Positions 9,377-18,825 are shown, counted from the first letter of the stretch. The stretch: DNA of 64,000 nt from Planctomycetota bacterium (GCA_038060895.1 JBBTCT010000009.1:400082-464081), one strand, 5' to 3'. Numbers and translations: made by a program. The notes: generated from the letters alone by a model not told the origin.

Positions 9377-10084
9377 ATGACCGAAACCCGCACCGGCGGC
9401 GATCACTCCGATTTCGGCGCGACCCTCTGGAGCGTCGTCCTCCGCGCCCGGGATCCCGGCGCGCCGGACCGCCGCGCCGCCCTGGACCAGCTCGTCCGCG
9501 CCTACTGGAAGCCCGTCTACTTCTTCGTCCGTCGCCGCGGCCATGACGTCGAATCGGCGAAAGACTACACCCAGGGCTTTTTCGCGGCCTTCCTCGAAAA
9601 GGACTTCCTTGCCGCCGTGGACCGCTCCCGCGGCCGCTTCAAGTCATTCGTCCTCGCGGCCCTGCAGCACTTTCTGTCGAAGGAGTACGACCGGGAACGA
9701 ACGCTGAAGCGAGGAGGGGGAGTAAAGACCTTCGCGCTGGAATTCGACGGGGGCGAAATCGAACCCGGGCATTCCGAGACGCCCGAAAAGGCGTTCGCCC
9801 GCAGCTGGGCGACCATCCTTGTCGGACGCGTCATGGAGCGCTATCGGGCCGAATGCCGGGAACGCGGCGCAGAAAAGGCTGCGGAAGCGTTGAAGCTGCA
9901 TCTCGAGGGCAAGGCCTACGCCGAGGTGTCCGCCGCATTGCGCGTCTCGGTCAAGGACGTCACCAACTGGCTCCACCGCGGGCGGCAGCGCCTGAAAGAG
10001 CTGACCGAAGACGAGGTGCGGCCGACGGTTGCATCGGAAGATGATCTGCGGCAGGAAATGCGCGATATTCTCGAAATGCTGTGA
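9377..10084 (+). CDS. ECF sigma-70 factor of the kinase-associated planctomycete type
   Basis: FGATLWSVVLRA, LVRAYWKPVYFFVRR, RGRFKSFV, region-4 YAEVSAAL...VTNWLHRGRQRLK; start placed at ATG 9377. Confidence 0.88.
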   Translation: MTETRTGGDHSDFGATLWSVVLRARDPGAPDRRAALDQLVRAYWKPVYFFVRRRGHDVESAKDYTQGFFAAFLEKDFLAAVDRSRGRFKSFVLAALQHFLSKEYDRERTLKRGGGVKTFALEFDGGEIEPGHSETPEKAFARSWATILVGRVMERYRAECRERGAEKAAEALKLHLEGKAYAEVSAALRVSVKDVTNWLHRGRQRLKELTEDEVRPTVASEDDLRQEMRDILEML

Positions 10085-10116
10085 GAGTAACCCTCGCGTT
10101 TCCGTCTTGGTAGGTC

Positions 10117-11826
10117 ATGAGCGACACCACCTGCCCCAAGTGCCAGACGACGTTCGCTTCCCGCCCCGGCGACGGAGGCGAGGAAGTCTGTCCGCGCTGC
10201 CTCATGAAGTTCGTCCTCGGCTCAGCCGGGTCGACCGCCACGGTCCTGTCCTCGGACCCCCGCGTGGGAACCTTGTTCCGTGGAATGGAAGTGCTCGCCG
10301 TGCTTGGCCGCGGCGGAATGGGCGTGGTGTACCGCGCCCGCCAGAAAGACCTCGGGCGTGAGGTCGCCCTCAAGCTCGTCTCCGACGCGCTGGCCGGCGA
10401 CGCGGAATTCGTCGAGCGCTTCCGTCGCGAGGCGAAAGTCCTGTCCTCGCTCTCGCACCCGAACATCGTCGCCGTTCACGAATTTGGATTCGAAGGGGGC
10501 GTCCCTTTCCTGGTCATGGAACTGGTGGAGGGCAGCAACCTTCGGAAGTTGCTCGGCCCGAAGAAGCTCGCGGCGGAAAGCGCGCTTCGCATCATCCCGC
10601 AAGTCTGCGAGGCGCTGGAGTACGCGCATCGTGCGGGGGTGGTGCATCGGGATATCAAGCCGGAGAACATCCTGGTCACTCCGGACGGCCGGGTGAAGAT
10701 TGCGGACTTCGGGCTTGCGCGACTGTCCGAGAGCGGAGTTTCCCTGACGCGCACTGACGCGACGATGGGGACGCCGCAGTACATGGCGCCGGAGCAGGTC
10801 GAGAATTCGAAGGGCGTGGATCATCGTGCGGACATCTACTCGATGGGCGTCGTGTTCTACGAGATGCTGACCGGTGAACTGCCACTGGGCCGCTTCGAGC
10901 CCCCTTCCTGTCGCGCTTCCGTAAACGCGGCCTTCGACCCGATCGTCCTGAAGGCGCTCGAGCGTCGTCCCGAGCAGCGCTACCAGCAGGCGAGCGAAGT
11001 CCGCGCGGACGTGGCCCGAGTGCCGGCCGGAGGGGCCGGGCGGGTGAAGCCGTCGCCGGCGAGGCTGGCAATCGTGTGGTGCGCCTTGATGGTACTGATC
11101 CTCATCATGGCGCTGGCAAAGAGCGCGGATTACCTCTTCTGGGGCCCGTGGCTCTGGGTGCTCCTCGCTCTTTCCCTCGGCGGGGCATGGTTCGAAAACC
11201 GCTCCCGGGCCCGCAACCCGGGTGGCCTGAGTCCCAAGGCGACCTGGGCCGGCATCGGCGTCCTGCTCGCCGTCGGCATCCTCTCCATCAGCATCGCCGT
11301 GACGATGACAACGCCGGACCGCATGATCGCGATTCTCCTGGGTTCCGGAAGCGCGCTCCTGGGCCTCTCGCACGTCGTCTCCCGTCTGGGCTCGGATTCC
11401 CGGAGAATGATGGCTTCGCTCGCAATTTCATCGCCCTTCGCCGTCACGGTTCTCCTGGCGGCGGGCTGGGTCATCGCGGACGAAATCCGCTACGCCGACA
11501 AGCCCAGGGCCTTCAAGGGACTTGACGCCGGGCTCGACAGAACCGAAGTCCTGCGTCGCATCGGCGAGCCCCATGGAATCTGGCACACCGGCCCGGTGGC
11601 CGAAGTGCCGGTCGGCGGCGACCCGCTTGTCAGGACGCTGGCGCAGAATGAAGTCTGGTCTTATGGCCGCCAGCGCCTCTTCAAATGGCAGGCGAGTCCG
11701 GCGTTTTTCGTCCTCGCGAATGACCGCAGCGGGACCGGCCCCGCCCCCTGGGAATTCCAGGTCGAGTTCGGACTGAATGGCCGCGTGCTGAAGCTGCACA
11801 CGCCGGAGATCTCCCATTCCCGCTGA
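10117..11826 (+). CDS. Ser/Thr kinase with N-terminal Zn ribbon, multiple TM helices and a C-terminal SmpA/BamE-like motif
   Basis: CPKC..CPRC; GRGGMGVVY, HRDIKPENIL, DFGLAR, GTPQYMAPEQ; about 5 hydrophobic segments; GLDRTEVLRRIGEP. Confidence 0.9.
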   Translation: MSDTTCPKCQTTFASRPGDGGEEVCPRCLMKFVLGSAGSTATVLSSDPRVGTLFRGMEVLAVLGRGGMGVVYRARQKDLGREVALKLVSDALAGDAEFVERFRREAKVLSSLSHPNIVAVHEFGFEGGVPFLVMELVEGSNLRKLLGPKKLAAESALRIIPQVCEALEYAHRAGVVHRDIKPENILVTPDGRVKIADFGLARLSESGVSLTRTDATMGTPQYMAPEQVENSKGVDHRADIYSMGVVFYEMLTGELPLGRFEPPSCRASVNAAFDPIVLKALERRPEQRYQQASEVRADVARVPAGGAGRVKPSPARLAIVWCALMVLILIMALAKSADYLFWGPWLWVLLALSLGGAWFENRSRARNPGGLSPKATWAGIGVLLAVGILSISIAVTMTTPDRMIAILLGSGSALLGLSHVVSRLGSDSRRMMASLAISSPFAVTVLLAAGWVIADEIRYADKPRAFKGLDAGLDRTEVLRRIGEPHGIWHTGPVAEVPVGGDPLVRTLAQNEVWSYGRQRLFKWQASPAFFVLANDRSGTGPAPWEFQVEFGLNGRVLKLHTPEISHSR

Positions 11827-11849
11827 AGCGCGCTTAAGATGGCGGTCGA

Positions 11850-12377
11850 ATGAAAAACGTCGATCCCCAGCAGATCTACGACATCACACGTCCGCACAAA
11901 AACCTCTTCTGGCTCTATTTCATCCAGTCCTGCTTCGGCACCGTGCTCCATCCGGTCATTTTCCTGCCGCTCTATTTCCGATTCCACACGCTCAAGTACC
12001 ACTTCGACCAGGAAGGCGTTTCGGCCTCGTGGGGCATCCTCTTCCGCCGCGAAGTCGTTCTCACCTACGCGCGCATCCAGGACATTCACCTTTCGCGGAA
12101 CATCTTCGAGCGGTGGCTCGGCATCGGGACAGTGCAGATCCAGACCGCCGCGGGGAGCTCTTCCGCGGAAATGTCCATCGAGGGCACCGACCGTTTCGAA
12201 GAGATCCGCGATTTCCTCTACTCCCGGATGCGCGGTCACGAGAAGGCGAAGCCTGCGGCCTCGGCGGGAGGTCCGGCGCCCGCGTCCGGCGGGGAGGCCG
12301 TCGCGATCCTCAGGGAAATCCGCGAGGACCTGCGCGCGGTGCGGGAAGCGGTCGAGAGGAGGAAGGGCGATGTATGA
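11850..12377 (+). CDS. Bacterial PH-domain membrane protein (YdbS/bPH_2-like)
   Basis: WGILFRREVVLTYARIQDIHLSRNIFERWLGIGTVQIQTAAG. Confidence 0.8.
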   Translation: MKNVDPQQIYDITRPHKNLFWLYFIQSCFGTVLHPVIFLPLYFRFHTLKYHFDQEGVSASWGILFRREVVLTYARIQDIHLSRNIFERWLGIGTVQIQTAAGSSSAEMSIEGTDRFEEIRDFLYSRMRGHEKAKPAASAGGPAPASGGEAVAILREIREDLRAVREAVERRKGDV

Positions 12378-13116
12378 ATCCCTGAAGCGGGTTGCCCTGC
12401 ACCTGTTGAAGATTCCAGAGGCTCCGCCGGAAGAGCCGTCCGGCACCCACGAGAGCGTCGTGGTGTTCCGCGCTTCGCCGCACTACCTGACATACCTGCT
12501 GATCCCTATGTGGCTGACGGTTGCCATGGCGGGGGTCGGGCTGCTCGTCGCCGATACTGCCGTCGCGCTCGCGCTGCTGCAGAAGGGGCTTGCGTGGCTG
12601 AGCGTGGTGGTCTGGCTGGTTGCCGCCGTCCTGATCGTCGTCAAGGCGACGGTGTTCTACGTGACGACGCGGTTGAATTACGAAATGCGGTGGTACATCG
12701 TGACCGACAGGTCGCTTCGGATCCGCGAGGGTGTCTGGATGGTGCGTGAGGTCACGCTGACCTTCGCCAACGTCCAGAACATCAACATCATTCAGGGACC
12801 CTTGCAGCGGTACTTCGGCATCAGCGACCTGATTGTGGAGACGGCGGGCGGCGGCGTGGGCGGCGGGCACGGCGCGCAGGGCCTCGCGCTCGCCCATCAC
12901 GGCGTGCTGCGCGGGATTGAGAACGCCCACGAGGTGCGAGACCGGATCCAGAATCTTCTGCGCGCCTACCGCGCGTCGGGACTTGGCGACCCGGATGACA
13001 AGAAGGCCGCCGCGGCGCCGGAAGCCGGACCGGCGGCTTTCGACGGGGAATTCGTCGAAGTGTTGCGCGGGATGCGGGACGAGGCGAAGCGGCTGAGATC
13101 GGCGATCGGGGCCTGA
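12370..13116 (+). CDS. Bacterial PH-domain membrane protein (bPH_2-like), paralog of the upstream gene
   Basis: YIVTDRSLRIREGV...NVQNINIIQGPLQRYFGISDLIVETAGG; overlaps the upstream gene. Confidence 0.8.
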   Translation: MYESLKRVALHLLKIPEAPPEEPSGTHESVVVFRASPHYLTYLLIPMWLTVAMAGVGLLVADTAVALALLQKGLAWLSVVVWLVAAVLIVVKATVFYVTTRLNYEMRWYIVTDRSLRIREGVWMVREVTLTFANVQNINIIQGPLQRYFGISDLIVETAGGGVGGGHGAQGLALAHHGVLRGIENAHEVRDRIQNLLRAYRASGLGDPDDKKAAAAPEAGPAAFDGEFVEVLRGMRDEAKRLRSAIGA

Positions 13117-13197
13117 CCGGGTGCACCAGTCGTACTTGCGGACCGCATTGACTATAATCTCCTCCTCGCGCCAGGGGGGACTTTCGGAGGTGGACCG

Positions 13198-14526
13198 ATG
13201 CGCGTTCTTGCCGCGCTCGCCGCTCTTTTCGCCGCTTCGTCATCCGCGTTCGCCGACGGGGACTGGGATCCCGCAGGCGGTCCTGGGATCAATTCCTCAT
13301 CGAACATCGGACTGACGGCGCTTCGAGCTTTCAATACCTTCCTCTACATCGGGACGGAGAATCCGTCGCTCGGCGCGCGGATCTACAGGACCAACGACGG
13401 CGTCGCGTTTACCACGGTCGCGACCGGCGGGTTCGGCGACGGCGTGACAAAGATCACCGAATTCGAAGAGTTCAGCGGGGTGCTGTACTGCGGCACGGCT
13501 TCACCTGCGGGCGGCTCGGTGTACCGTTCTTCCGACGGCCTGGTGTGGACGCTGGTGAGCCCGGTGGGGCTTGGAAGCGCGACGAATGCGGAAGTGACGG
13601 CGCTCGCGATTTATTCGGGAGCGATCTACGCGGCGACGCGGAAAACAGGCGGCGGCGGCGCGGAATTGTGGAAGTCGACCGACGGCACGACGTGGACGAC
13701 GTCGATCACGACCACGGGATTTGGCGACGCGGACAACACGGCCATCAACGATCTCGAGGTCTCGTCATCGTTCCTGTATGCCGCAACGACGAACACCGTG
13801 GACGGCGGAAACTACGTGCAGATCACGTCCGGCGGGACGTTCACCATCCTCGTCAATGACGGATTCTCGAGCAGCGCCAACACGGCGTTCACCGCGCTGG
13901 AGCTGTACCGCGGCGAGATGTACATCGGAACCCGCAACTCGTCCAACGGTTATGAAGTCTGGGCGACGCCCGACAATTTTGGGTTCTTTCGCCGCCTCAA
14001 GGACGGCGGCAGCGACCCGCAGAACGTGCTCGTCACCGACCTCGAACGCTTCGGTGACTTCCTGTACGTCGGCGTCGAATCGGTCGGCGAACCCTTCGAG
14101 GTTCTACGCACCTTCGACGGATTCAACTACGACCAGGAGGACGCCGACGGATTCGACAACCCTGCAAACTTCCGTGCGAACGATTTCGCGGATTACGCCA
14201 ACAACATCTGGTGCGGCACCAGCAACCCCGCGGGCGGCGACCTGTACGAAACGGAGCTTCCCTCCAGCGGGAGTTTCTCGGCGTCCTCAGACGACGACGA
14301 TTCTCACAGCTGGAGGTCCCGCTGCTTCGTGGCAACGGCAGCGTACGGATCCCCGGCCGTCCCTCGCGTCGCCGAACTTCGCCGCATCAGGGACCAGCGC
14401 GTCGAAGCTTGCGTGGCAGGGCGACGCTTCACCGATCTGTACCGCGCTTCCGCCCCTCCGGTGGCCGAAGTGGTCCATGGATCGGAAGTGCTGCGGGCCC
14501 TGCTCCGGCGGACGTTGCTGAAGTAG
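13198..14526 (+). CDS. Secreted BNR/Asp-box beta-propeller protein with C-terminal CFI-box-CTERM domain
   Basis: Signal peptide; repeats YRTNDG, YRSSDG, WKSTDG, RTFDG with GFG motifs; C-terminus RCFVATAAYGSP...LRRIRD...FTDLY...PPVA. Confidence 0.8.
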   Translation: MRVLAALAALFAASSSAFADGDWDPAGGPGINSSSNIGLTALRAFNTFLYIGTENPSLGARIYRTNDGVAFTTVATGGFGDGVTKITEFEEFSGVLYCGTASPAGGSVYRSSDGLVWTLVSPVGLGSATNAEVTALAIYSGAIYAATRKTGGGGAELWKSTDGTTWTTSITTTGFGDADNTAINDLEVSSSFLYAATTNTVDGGNYVQITSGGTFTILVNDGFSSSANTAFTALELYRGEMYIGTRNSSNGYEVWATPDNFGFFRRLKDGGSDPQNVLVTDLERFGDFLYVGVESVGEPFEVLRTFDGFNYDQEDADGFDNPANFRANDFADYANNIWCGTSNPAGGDLYETELPSSGSFSASSDDDDSHSWRSRCFVATAAYGSPAVPRVAELRRIRDQRVEACVAGRRFTDLYRASAPPVAEVVHGSEVLRALLRRTLLK

Positions 14527-14660
14527 GCGCGTGGCGCTCGCCCGCTCCGCAAGTCCACGCTTCCGGCGCGTGCGAAGCGCGGCGTTCGCGGTTATTCTCC
14601 CACCCAACCGCTTTGCCGGACGGTCGTTAAAGAAGCGGACCACGGTACCCGGAGAAGCCC

Positions 14661-15524
14661 ATGCGCCGAGTTTTACCCGCCCTGATTGCGTTCGCCGCTC
14701 TCGCCGGATGCAAAGCGACGCAGCTTGCGCCTGACCAGCTTTCGATCGAAGAAGAAGAGTGGATCCTGCAGGTGAGCGACGAGGTCTGGAAATACGAAGT
14801 TGCCCGGACCTCGGGGCTGGACGGTGATCAGAGCGACGCCAAGCACCGCATGATGCGCATCGCCGAGGATCAGCGCGAGTTGCTCACCAAGGCTCTCCAT
14901 TGCAACGACTGGCGCGCCAGAAAAATCGCCGCCGGCGCGTTGGGATTTGCCGAGCGGGATGACGTCATCGGGATGCTGGTCGACGTGGTCCAGAACGACC
15001 CTGACCTCGAAGCTCGAAAAGGGGCGTTGTGGGGGCTGGCGGTGAAAGGAAGCGAACGGACCCCTGTGGAGTCCATCGTGGCGCTTCTGAACGATCCGGA
15101 CTCGGAAACCCGCCTGATGGGGCTCGGCGCGCTCGCGAAAATCCTCCGGCGGAACGTGGACCAGGGAGCTCTTCCCCGGGTGCTCGAGATGCTCGGCGAC
15201 CCTGACTGGAAAGTTCGCGGCCAGGCGGTGCTGGTCCTAGCACGGGTCGGCAGAAGGGACACGATCAAGCCGATCATGGAGAAGCCGCTCAAGGACGAGA
15301 ATGCCATGGTCAGGCTGCACGCCGTCGGGGCGCTCCAGGTGATCTCTCACGAAGAGAGCGTCGAACCGCTGATCGGTGCGCTGACTGATCCCGACCCGAG
15401 GGTGGCGGACACTGCAAGCAGATCGCTGGAGATCCTGACCGGACAGAAGTTCGGGAAGGAGCCGGAGAAATGGATGTTCTGGTGGAAGAAGCGGTTGGAA
15501 CTGGGGATGGGCCTGGATCATTAA
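14661..15524 (+). CDS. HEAT-repeat lipoprotein
   Basis: Lipobox ALAG-C; repeated DPDxxxRxxAxxAL units. Confidence 0.85.
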   Translation: MRRVLPALIAFAALAGCKATQLAPDQLSIEEEEWILQVSDEVWKYEVARTSGLDGDQSDAKHRMMRIAEDQRELLTKALHCNDWRARKIAAGALGFAERDDVIGMLVDVVQNDPDLEARKGALWGLAVKGSERTPVESIVALLNDPDSETRLMGLGALAKILRRNVDQGALPRVLEMLGDPDWKVRGQAVLVLARVGRRDTIKPIMEKPLKDENAMVRLHAVGALQVISHEESVEPLIGALTDPDPRVADTASRSLEILTGQKFGKEPEKWMFWWKKRLELGMGLDH

Positions 15525-16222
15525 GGGTAGCGCCCGGCAAGCGCCGCGACTCCCAGCACCGCTGCGGTCTCAATCCGGAGGATGTGCGGCCCGAGCTTCA
15601 CCGATGGAAGCGACGACAGCGAGATTCGCTCTTCCGCGTCCCATCCTCCCTCGGGCCCGACGAACACCAGCGCGTCCCCTGCCGTCGCCGGAACGCCGCT
15701 TCCTGCGATGTCGGCAAGGAGTCGAAGCGACCACCCGGTGGTGAGGGCAAGCACTTCCGCGAGCGGCCTCGGTTCCAGCAACTCGGGGACGGTCGCGCGC
15801 CCGCATTGCTTGGCGGCTTCCGTGGCAATCCGATCCCAGCGTGCGCGTTTCGAAGCGCCTTCCGCGGTGGCGACGCCACGTGCCGTAAGAACAGGGAAGA
15901 AAACATCGAGCCCCGCTTCGACGCACTTTTCGATCATCCAGTCCGCTCGCGCCCCCTTGGGGATCGCCGCTGCCAGGCCGACGCGGTGGCCCGCCGGCCC
16001 CGAGCCCCCGGTTGCACTTTCGGTCGCCAGAATCTCAACCCGCGCGGAAGTCCCTTCCAGTCCTACGAACCTCGCCATGGCGCGCCGCCCCCGGCCGTCT
16101 ACCAGCCGGATTTCGTCACCCGGTTTCGCCCTCAGGACGGTCTTCAGGTGGCGAGACTCCCCCGGCGGCAGCAGCGCCGCGCCGCGCTCGGGAATGTCGG
16201 GACACAGGAAGGTACGCTTCAT
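15521..16222 (-). CDS. rsmE: 16S rRNA m3U1498 methyltransferase RsmE
   Basis: HLKTVLR, WMIEKCVEAG, EAAKQCGR, VGPEGGW, LGPHILRIETAA; start ATG 16222. Confidence 0.93.
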   Translation of the reverse strand: MKRTFLCPDIPERGAALLPPGESRHLKTVLRAKPGDEIRLVDGRGRRAMARFVGLEGTSARVEILATESATGGSGPAGHRVGLAAAIPKGARADWMIEKCVEAGLDVFFPVLTARGVATAEGASKRARWDRIATEAAKQCGRATVPELLEPRPLAEVLALTTGWSLRLLADIAGSGVPATAGDALVFVGPEGGWDAEERISLSSLPSVKLGPHILRIETAAVLGVAALAGRYP

Positions 16223-16263
16223 CGCAATCGAGGTCCGGGACGATAACATGGAGTCACCTCCCC

Positions 16264-17256
16264 ATGACCGAACCCACCCCCCGACCGGAAGACCCTGCCG
16301 GAAAGAAGCCGACGCCCATGGCGGACTGGATGGCGGTTTGGGCTGAGGAAGATGCCCGGGAAGCGGCGCGGGAGGAGCCGGAAACGGACAAGAGTGAGGC
16401 GGACACGCATGTGCTGACCCCGGCGCAGATCTGGGGGGAGTCGCCGGCAGGGACGTCCGTGGATGTCGTGCCGATCGTTCTGGGGGACGGCGAACCTGCC
16501 GCACCGGTCGTCGAGGAGAAGGCCCCGTCCCGGGACGAACTGGACCCCGCCCTGGACGGAGAGATCCGGCGGCTGCTGGAACGGACGGCGCGCTACGTCA
16601 AAAAGCCCGAGGTGGACCCTCCCGAGGGGGTGAGGACGACTCCCGGCGCTTCGAAGCCATTCCTGGATTTCGAGACCCCGCCTGGAGCCTGGTCGGCCAT
16701 GACGCCGCCGCCGCTGGCGTTCGATGAAGCAGCCAACTACCGGGATGAGACCGGCGGGCGCCTGGGTCTTCTGGATCCCGTTGAGCGCCCCTGGCACAAC
16801 CCGCCGACCCCGCATGGGGCGCCGAAAAAGCGTCTGTCGAATCCGCCTCTCGCCCCGTTTGACCCGCCCTCCATGACGTCGCCACTTCCGGATCCTCCGG
16901 CCGCGCGCAAGAAGCCGTCGGGCCCGCCGAGGACGGAAGGCCAGGCTGTGGTCGCGCCGATCCCCTGGACAGACCCGCCTCCGCCGAGCCAGGCGGCCAG
17001 GGAACGTTCGACCACCCGGAGGATGCGCGATACGGCCCGTCGCGTGAAGGCAGCGATCGCACCCATCGCCGCGGCCGCGACCGCCGAGCCGGCAGCCCCC
17101 TGGCTCACCCTGGGCACGGTCGCCGTCTCTGCCGCCTGGCTTGCGGTCGCATACGCCGCTTCGAACATGGTCTTCGCCGCCGTCGGAGCCGCCTTCCTTG
17201 CGCCCTTCGCCATCTCCGCGCTCGGTGCAGCCGCGCGGCGCGGGCAGCGTCCGTGA
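16264..17256 (+). CDS. Pro-rich hypothetical protein with two C-terminal TM helices
   Basis: ATG 16264; low-complexity N-terminal part, hydrophobic C-terminus; GTGA overlap with the next gene. Confidence 0.6.
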   Translation: MTEPTPRPEDPAGKKPTPMADWMAVWAEEDAREAAREEPETDKSEADTHVLTPAQIWGESPAGTSVDVVPIVLGDGEPAAPVVEEKAPSRDELDPALDGEIRRLLERTARYVKKPEVDPPEGVRTTPGASKPFLDFETPPGAWSAMTPPPLAFDEAANYRDETGGRLGLLDPVERPWHNPPTPHGAPKKRLSNPPLAPFDPPSMTSPLPDPPAARKKPSGPPRTEGQAVVAPIPWTDPPPPSQAARERSTTRRMRDTARRVKAAIAPIAAAATAEPAAPWLTLGTVAVSAAWLAVAYAASNMVFAAVGAAFLAPFAISALGAAARRGQRP

Positions 17257-17627
17257 GTCCGAAGCCCTCCGGGACCTCGCTTCCCAGGCGACAACGCGGC
17301 TGCCTGAACCCCGGAAGTGCCATCGGGCGCCTGGCCTGGCTTTCCCTCCTGAGCGGAGCGGGACTCGCGGCAACCGTCTGGCCCGGCGATCTGGGCGGCT
17401 GGTGGTTTCATGCCGCCGTCTTCGTCTGGATTCTCACCGCCATCGTCTGGAGCTTCTGGCTCGCCCTCGCCATTCAGATGGTTCTGGCCTTCCGTAGAAT
17501 GAAAAATCAGATGGGCGCCACCATGGGAATGATGATGAAGCGCTCAGGTGACGACGACGAGGACGAGCCGAAGGAAGCCGAGATCATCCAGAAGCCCAAA
17601 CTTCCGAACGACGGATGGCCCTCGTAG
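17253..17627 (+). CDS. Small membrane hypothetical protein
   Basis: Two hydrophobic segments; coupled to the upstream stop. Confidence 0.6.
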   Translation: MSPKPSGTSLPRRQRGCLNPGSAIGRLAWLSLLSGAGLAATVWPGDLGGWWFHAAVFVWILTAIVWSFWLALAIQMVLAFRRMKNQMGATMGMMMKRSGDDDEDEPKEAEIIQKPKLPNDGWPS

Positions 17628-17666
17628 CCTGCCCCGCCGGATTCTCTTCCGCGCCCTGAAATCTTG

Positions 17667-17694
17667 TTGACCGGCTCTTCGCGCCGGATAGAAT
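17667..17694 (+). promoter_or_regulatory. Sigma70-type promoter of rplM-rpsI
   Basis: TTGACC-N16-TAGAAT. Confidence 0.6.
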
Positions 17695-17737
17695 CCTCCC
17701 CCCTAACTTCCGGAACCGAACTCGAAGGAAACTGGCC

Positions 17738-18199
17738 ATGGGCAAGGACTTTACGCGCGTTCCCGGCGTCGACGAGATCAAGTCGAAGTGGTTCATCGTC
17801 GATGCGAACGGGAAAGTGCTCGGACGGATGGCGACCCGCATCGCGACAATTCTGATGGGGAAGAACAAGCCGTCGTATTCCCCTGAGCGAAACCACGGTG
17901 ATTTCGTCGTGGTGGTCAATGCGGAGAAGGTCAAGCTCACGGGCAAGAAGCCCGTGCAGAAGATGTACGACTCGATGAGCCGCGGCGGCAAGCACAATGG
18001 AACCGCCTGGCCCCACGGACTTCACCACACGCCCTTCGAAAAAATGTTGCGTCTGCACCCGGACCGGATCGTGCGCCTGGCGGTGAAGCGCATGCTGCGC
18101 AACACGAGGCGGAACCGCGTGGCGTTCACGAAGCTGAAGGTGTACGCGGGGGACAAGCACCCGCACGCGTCGCAGAAGCCCGAAGCCCTGACCTTTTAG
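17738..18199 (+). CDS. rplM: 50S ribosomal protein L13 (divergent, with insertion)
   Basis: WFIVDANGKVLGRMATRIA..L.GK.KP, GDFVVVVNAEKVKLTG, LKVYAG..HPH..Q.P. Confidence 0.95.
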   Translation: MGKDFTRVPGVDEIKSKWFIVDANGKVLGRMATRIATILMGKNKPSYSPERNHGDFVVVVNAEKVKLTGKKPVQKMYDSMSRGGKHNGTAWPHGLHHTPFEKMLRLHPDRIVRLAVKRMLRNTRRNRVAFTKLKVYAGDKHPHASQKPEALTF

Positions 18200-18217
18200 A
18201 GAAGAGGACGAAGCCTG

Positions 18218-18655
18218 ATGAGCACTCCGACGACGACGACTCCCGCCACAGTTTCCTCCGTGTCGGACAAGCAGGTCTGGTGGGGGACCGGCCGGCGCAA
18301 GACCGCGATCGCGCGGGTGCGGCTGAAGAAGGGCACCGGGCGCGTTGTGGTGAACGGGCTCGACTACGACAAGTACTTCGACGCGGTACAGGACCGGCTG
18401 ATGATTCTCAGTCCTCTGCAGACCGCGAAGGCCGTGAATCGGTTCGACGTGTTTTCGAACTGCTGCGGTGGCGGGAAGACCGGGCAGGCCGGCGCGATGA
18501 TTCTCGGGATCGCGCGCGCGCTGCTCAAGGCCGACTCGACGTCGGAAATGCCCCTGCGGGATGCCGGGTTCCTGACGCGCGACGGGCGCATGAAGGAGCG
18601 AAAGAAATACGGGCGTCGCGGGGCACGGAGAGGGTTCCAGTTCAGCAAGCGATAG
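18218..18655 (+). CDS. rpsI: 30S ribosomal protein S9
   Basis: GTGRRKTAIARV, GGGKTGQAGA, LTRDGRMKERKKYG, QFSKR. Confidence 0.98.
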   Translation: MSTPTTTTPATVSSVSDKQVWWGTGRRKTAIARVRLKKGTGRVVVNGLDYDKYFDAVQDRLMILSPLQTAKAVNRFDVFSNCCGGGKTGQAGAMILGIARALLKADSTSEMPLRDAGFLTRDGRMKERKKYGRRGARRGFQFSKR

Positions 18656-18671
18656 ACGAAGAGAACAAACC

Positions 18672-18702
18672 AACCCCTCTCGATGTTCGAGAGGGGTTTT
18701 TT
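18672..18702 (+). terminator. Intrinsic terminator after rpsI
   Basis: AACCCCTCTCGA-TGT-TCGAGAGGGGTT followed by TTTT. Confidence 0.9.
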
Positions 18703-18708
18703 ATTGCT

Positions 18709-18805
18709 CCCTCGCCCTTGCCCTTGCCCTTTCCCTTGCCCACCGAGGTACGACCCCTGGTTCTACCTCGGTGGGAAAGGGAAAGGGCAGGGGCAAGGGC
18801 CGGGG
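18709..18805. repeat. 97-bp imperfect palindrome with five hexamer units per arm (CCCTYK / reverse complement) around a 12-bp perfect stem
   Basis: ccctcg cccttg cccttg cccttt cccttg CCCACCGAGGTA-N13-TACCTCGGTGGG aaaggg aaaggg cagggg caaggg ccgggg. Confidence 0.9.
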
Positions 18806-18825
18806 CGAAACGCTAGGAGCAACGC

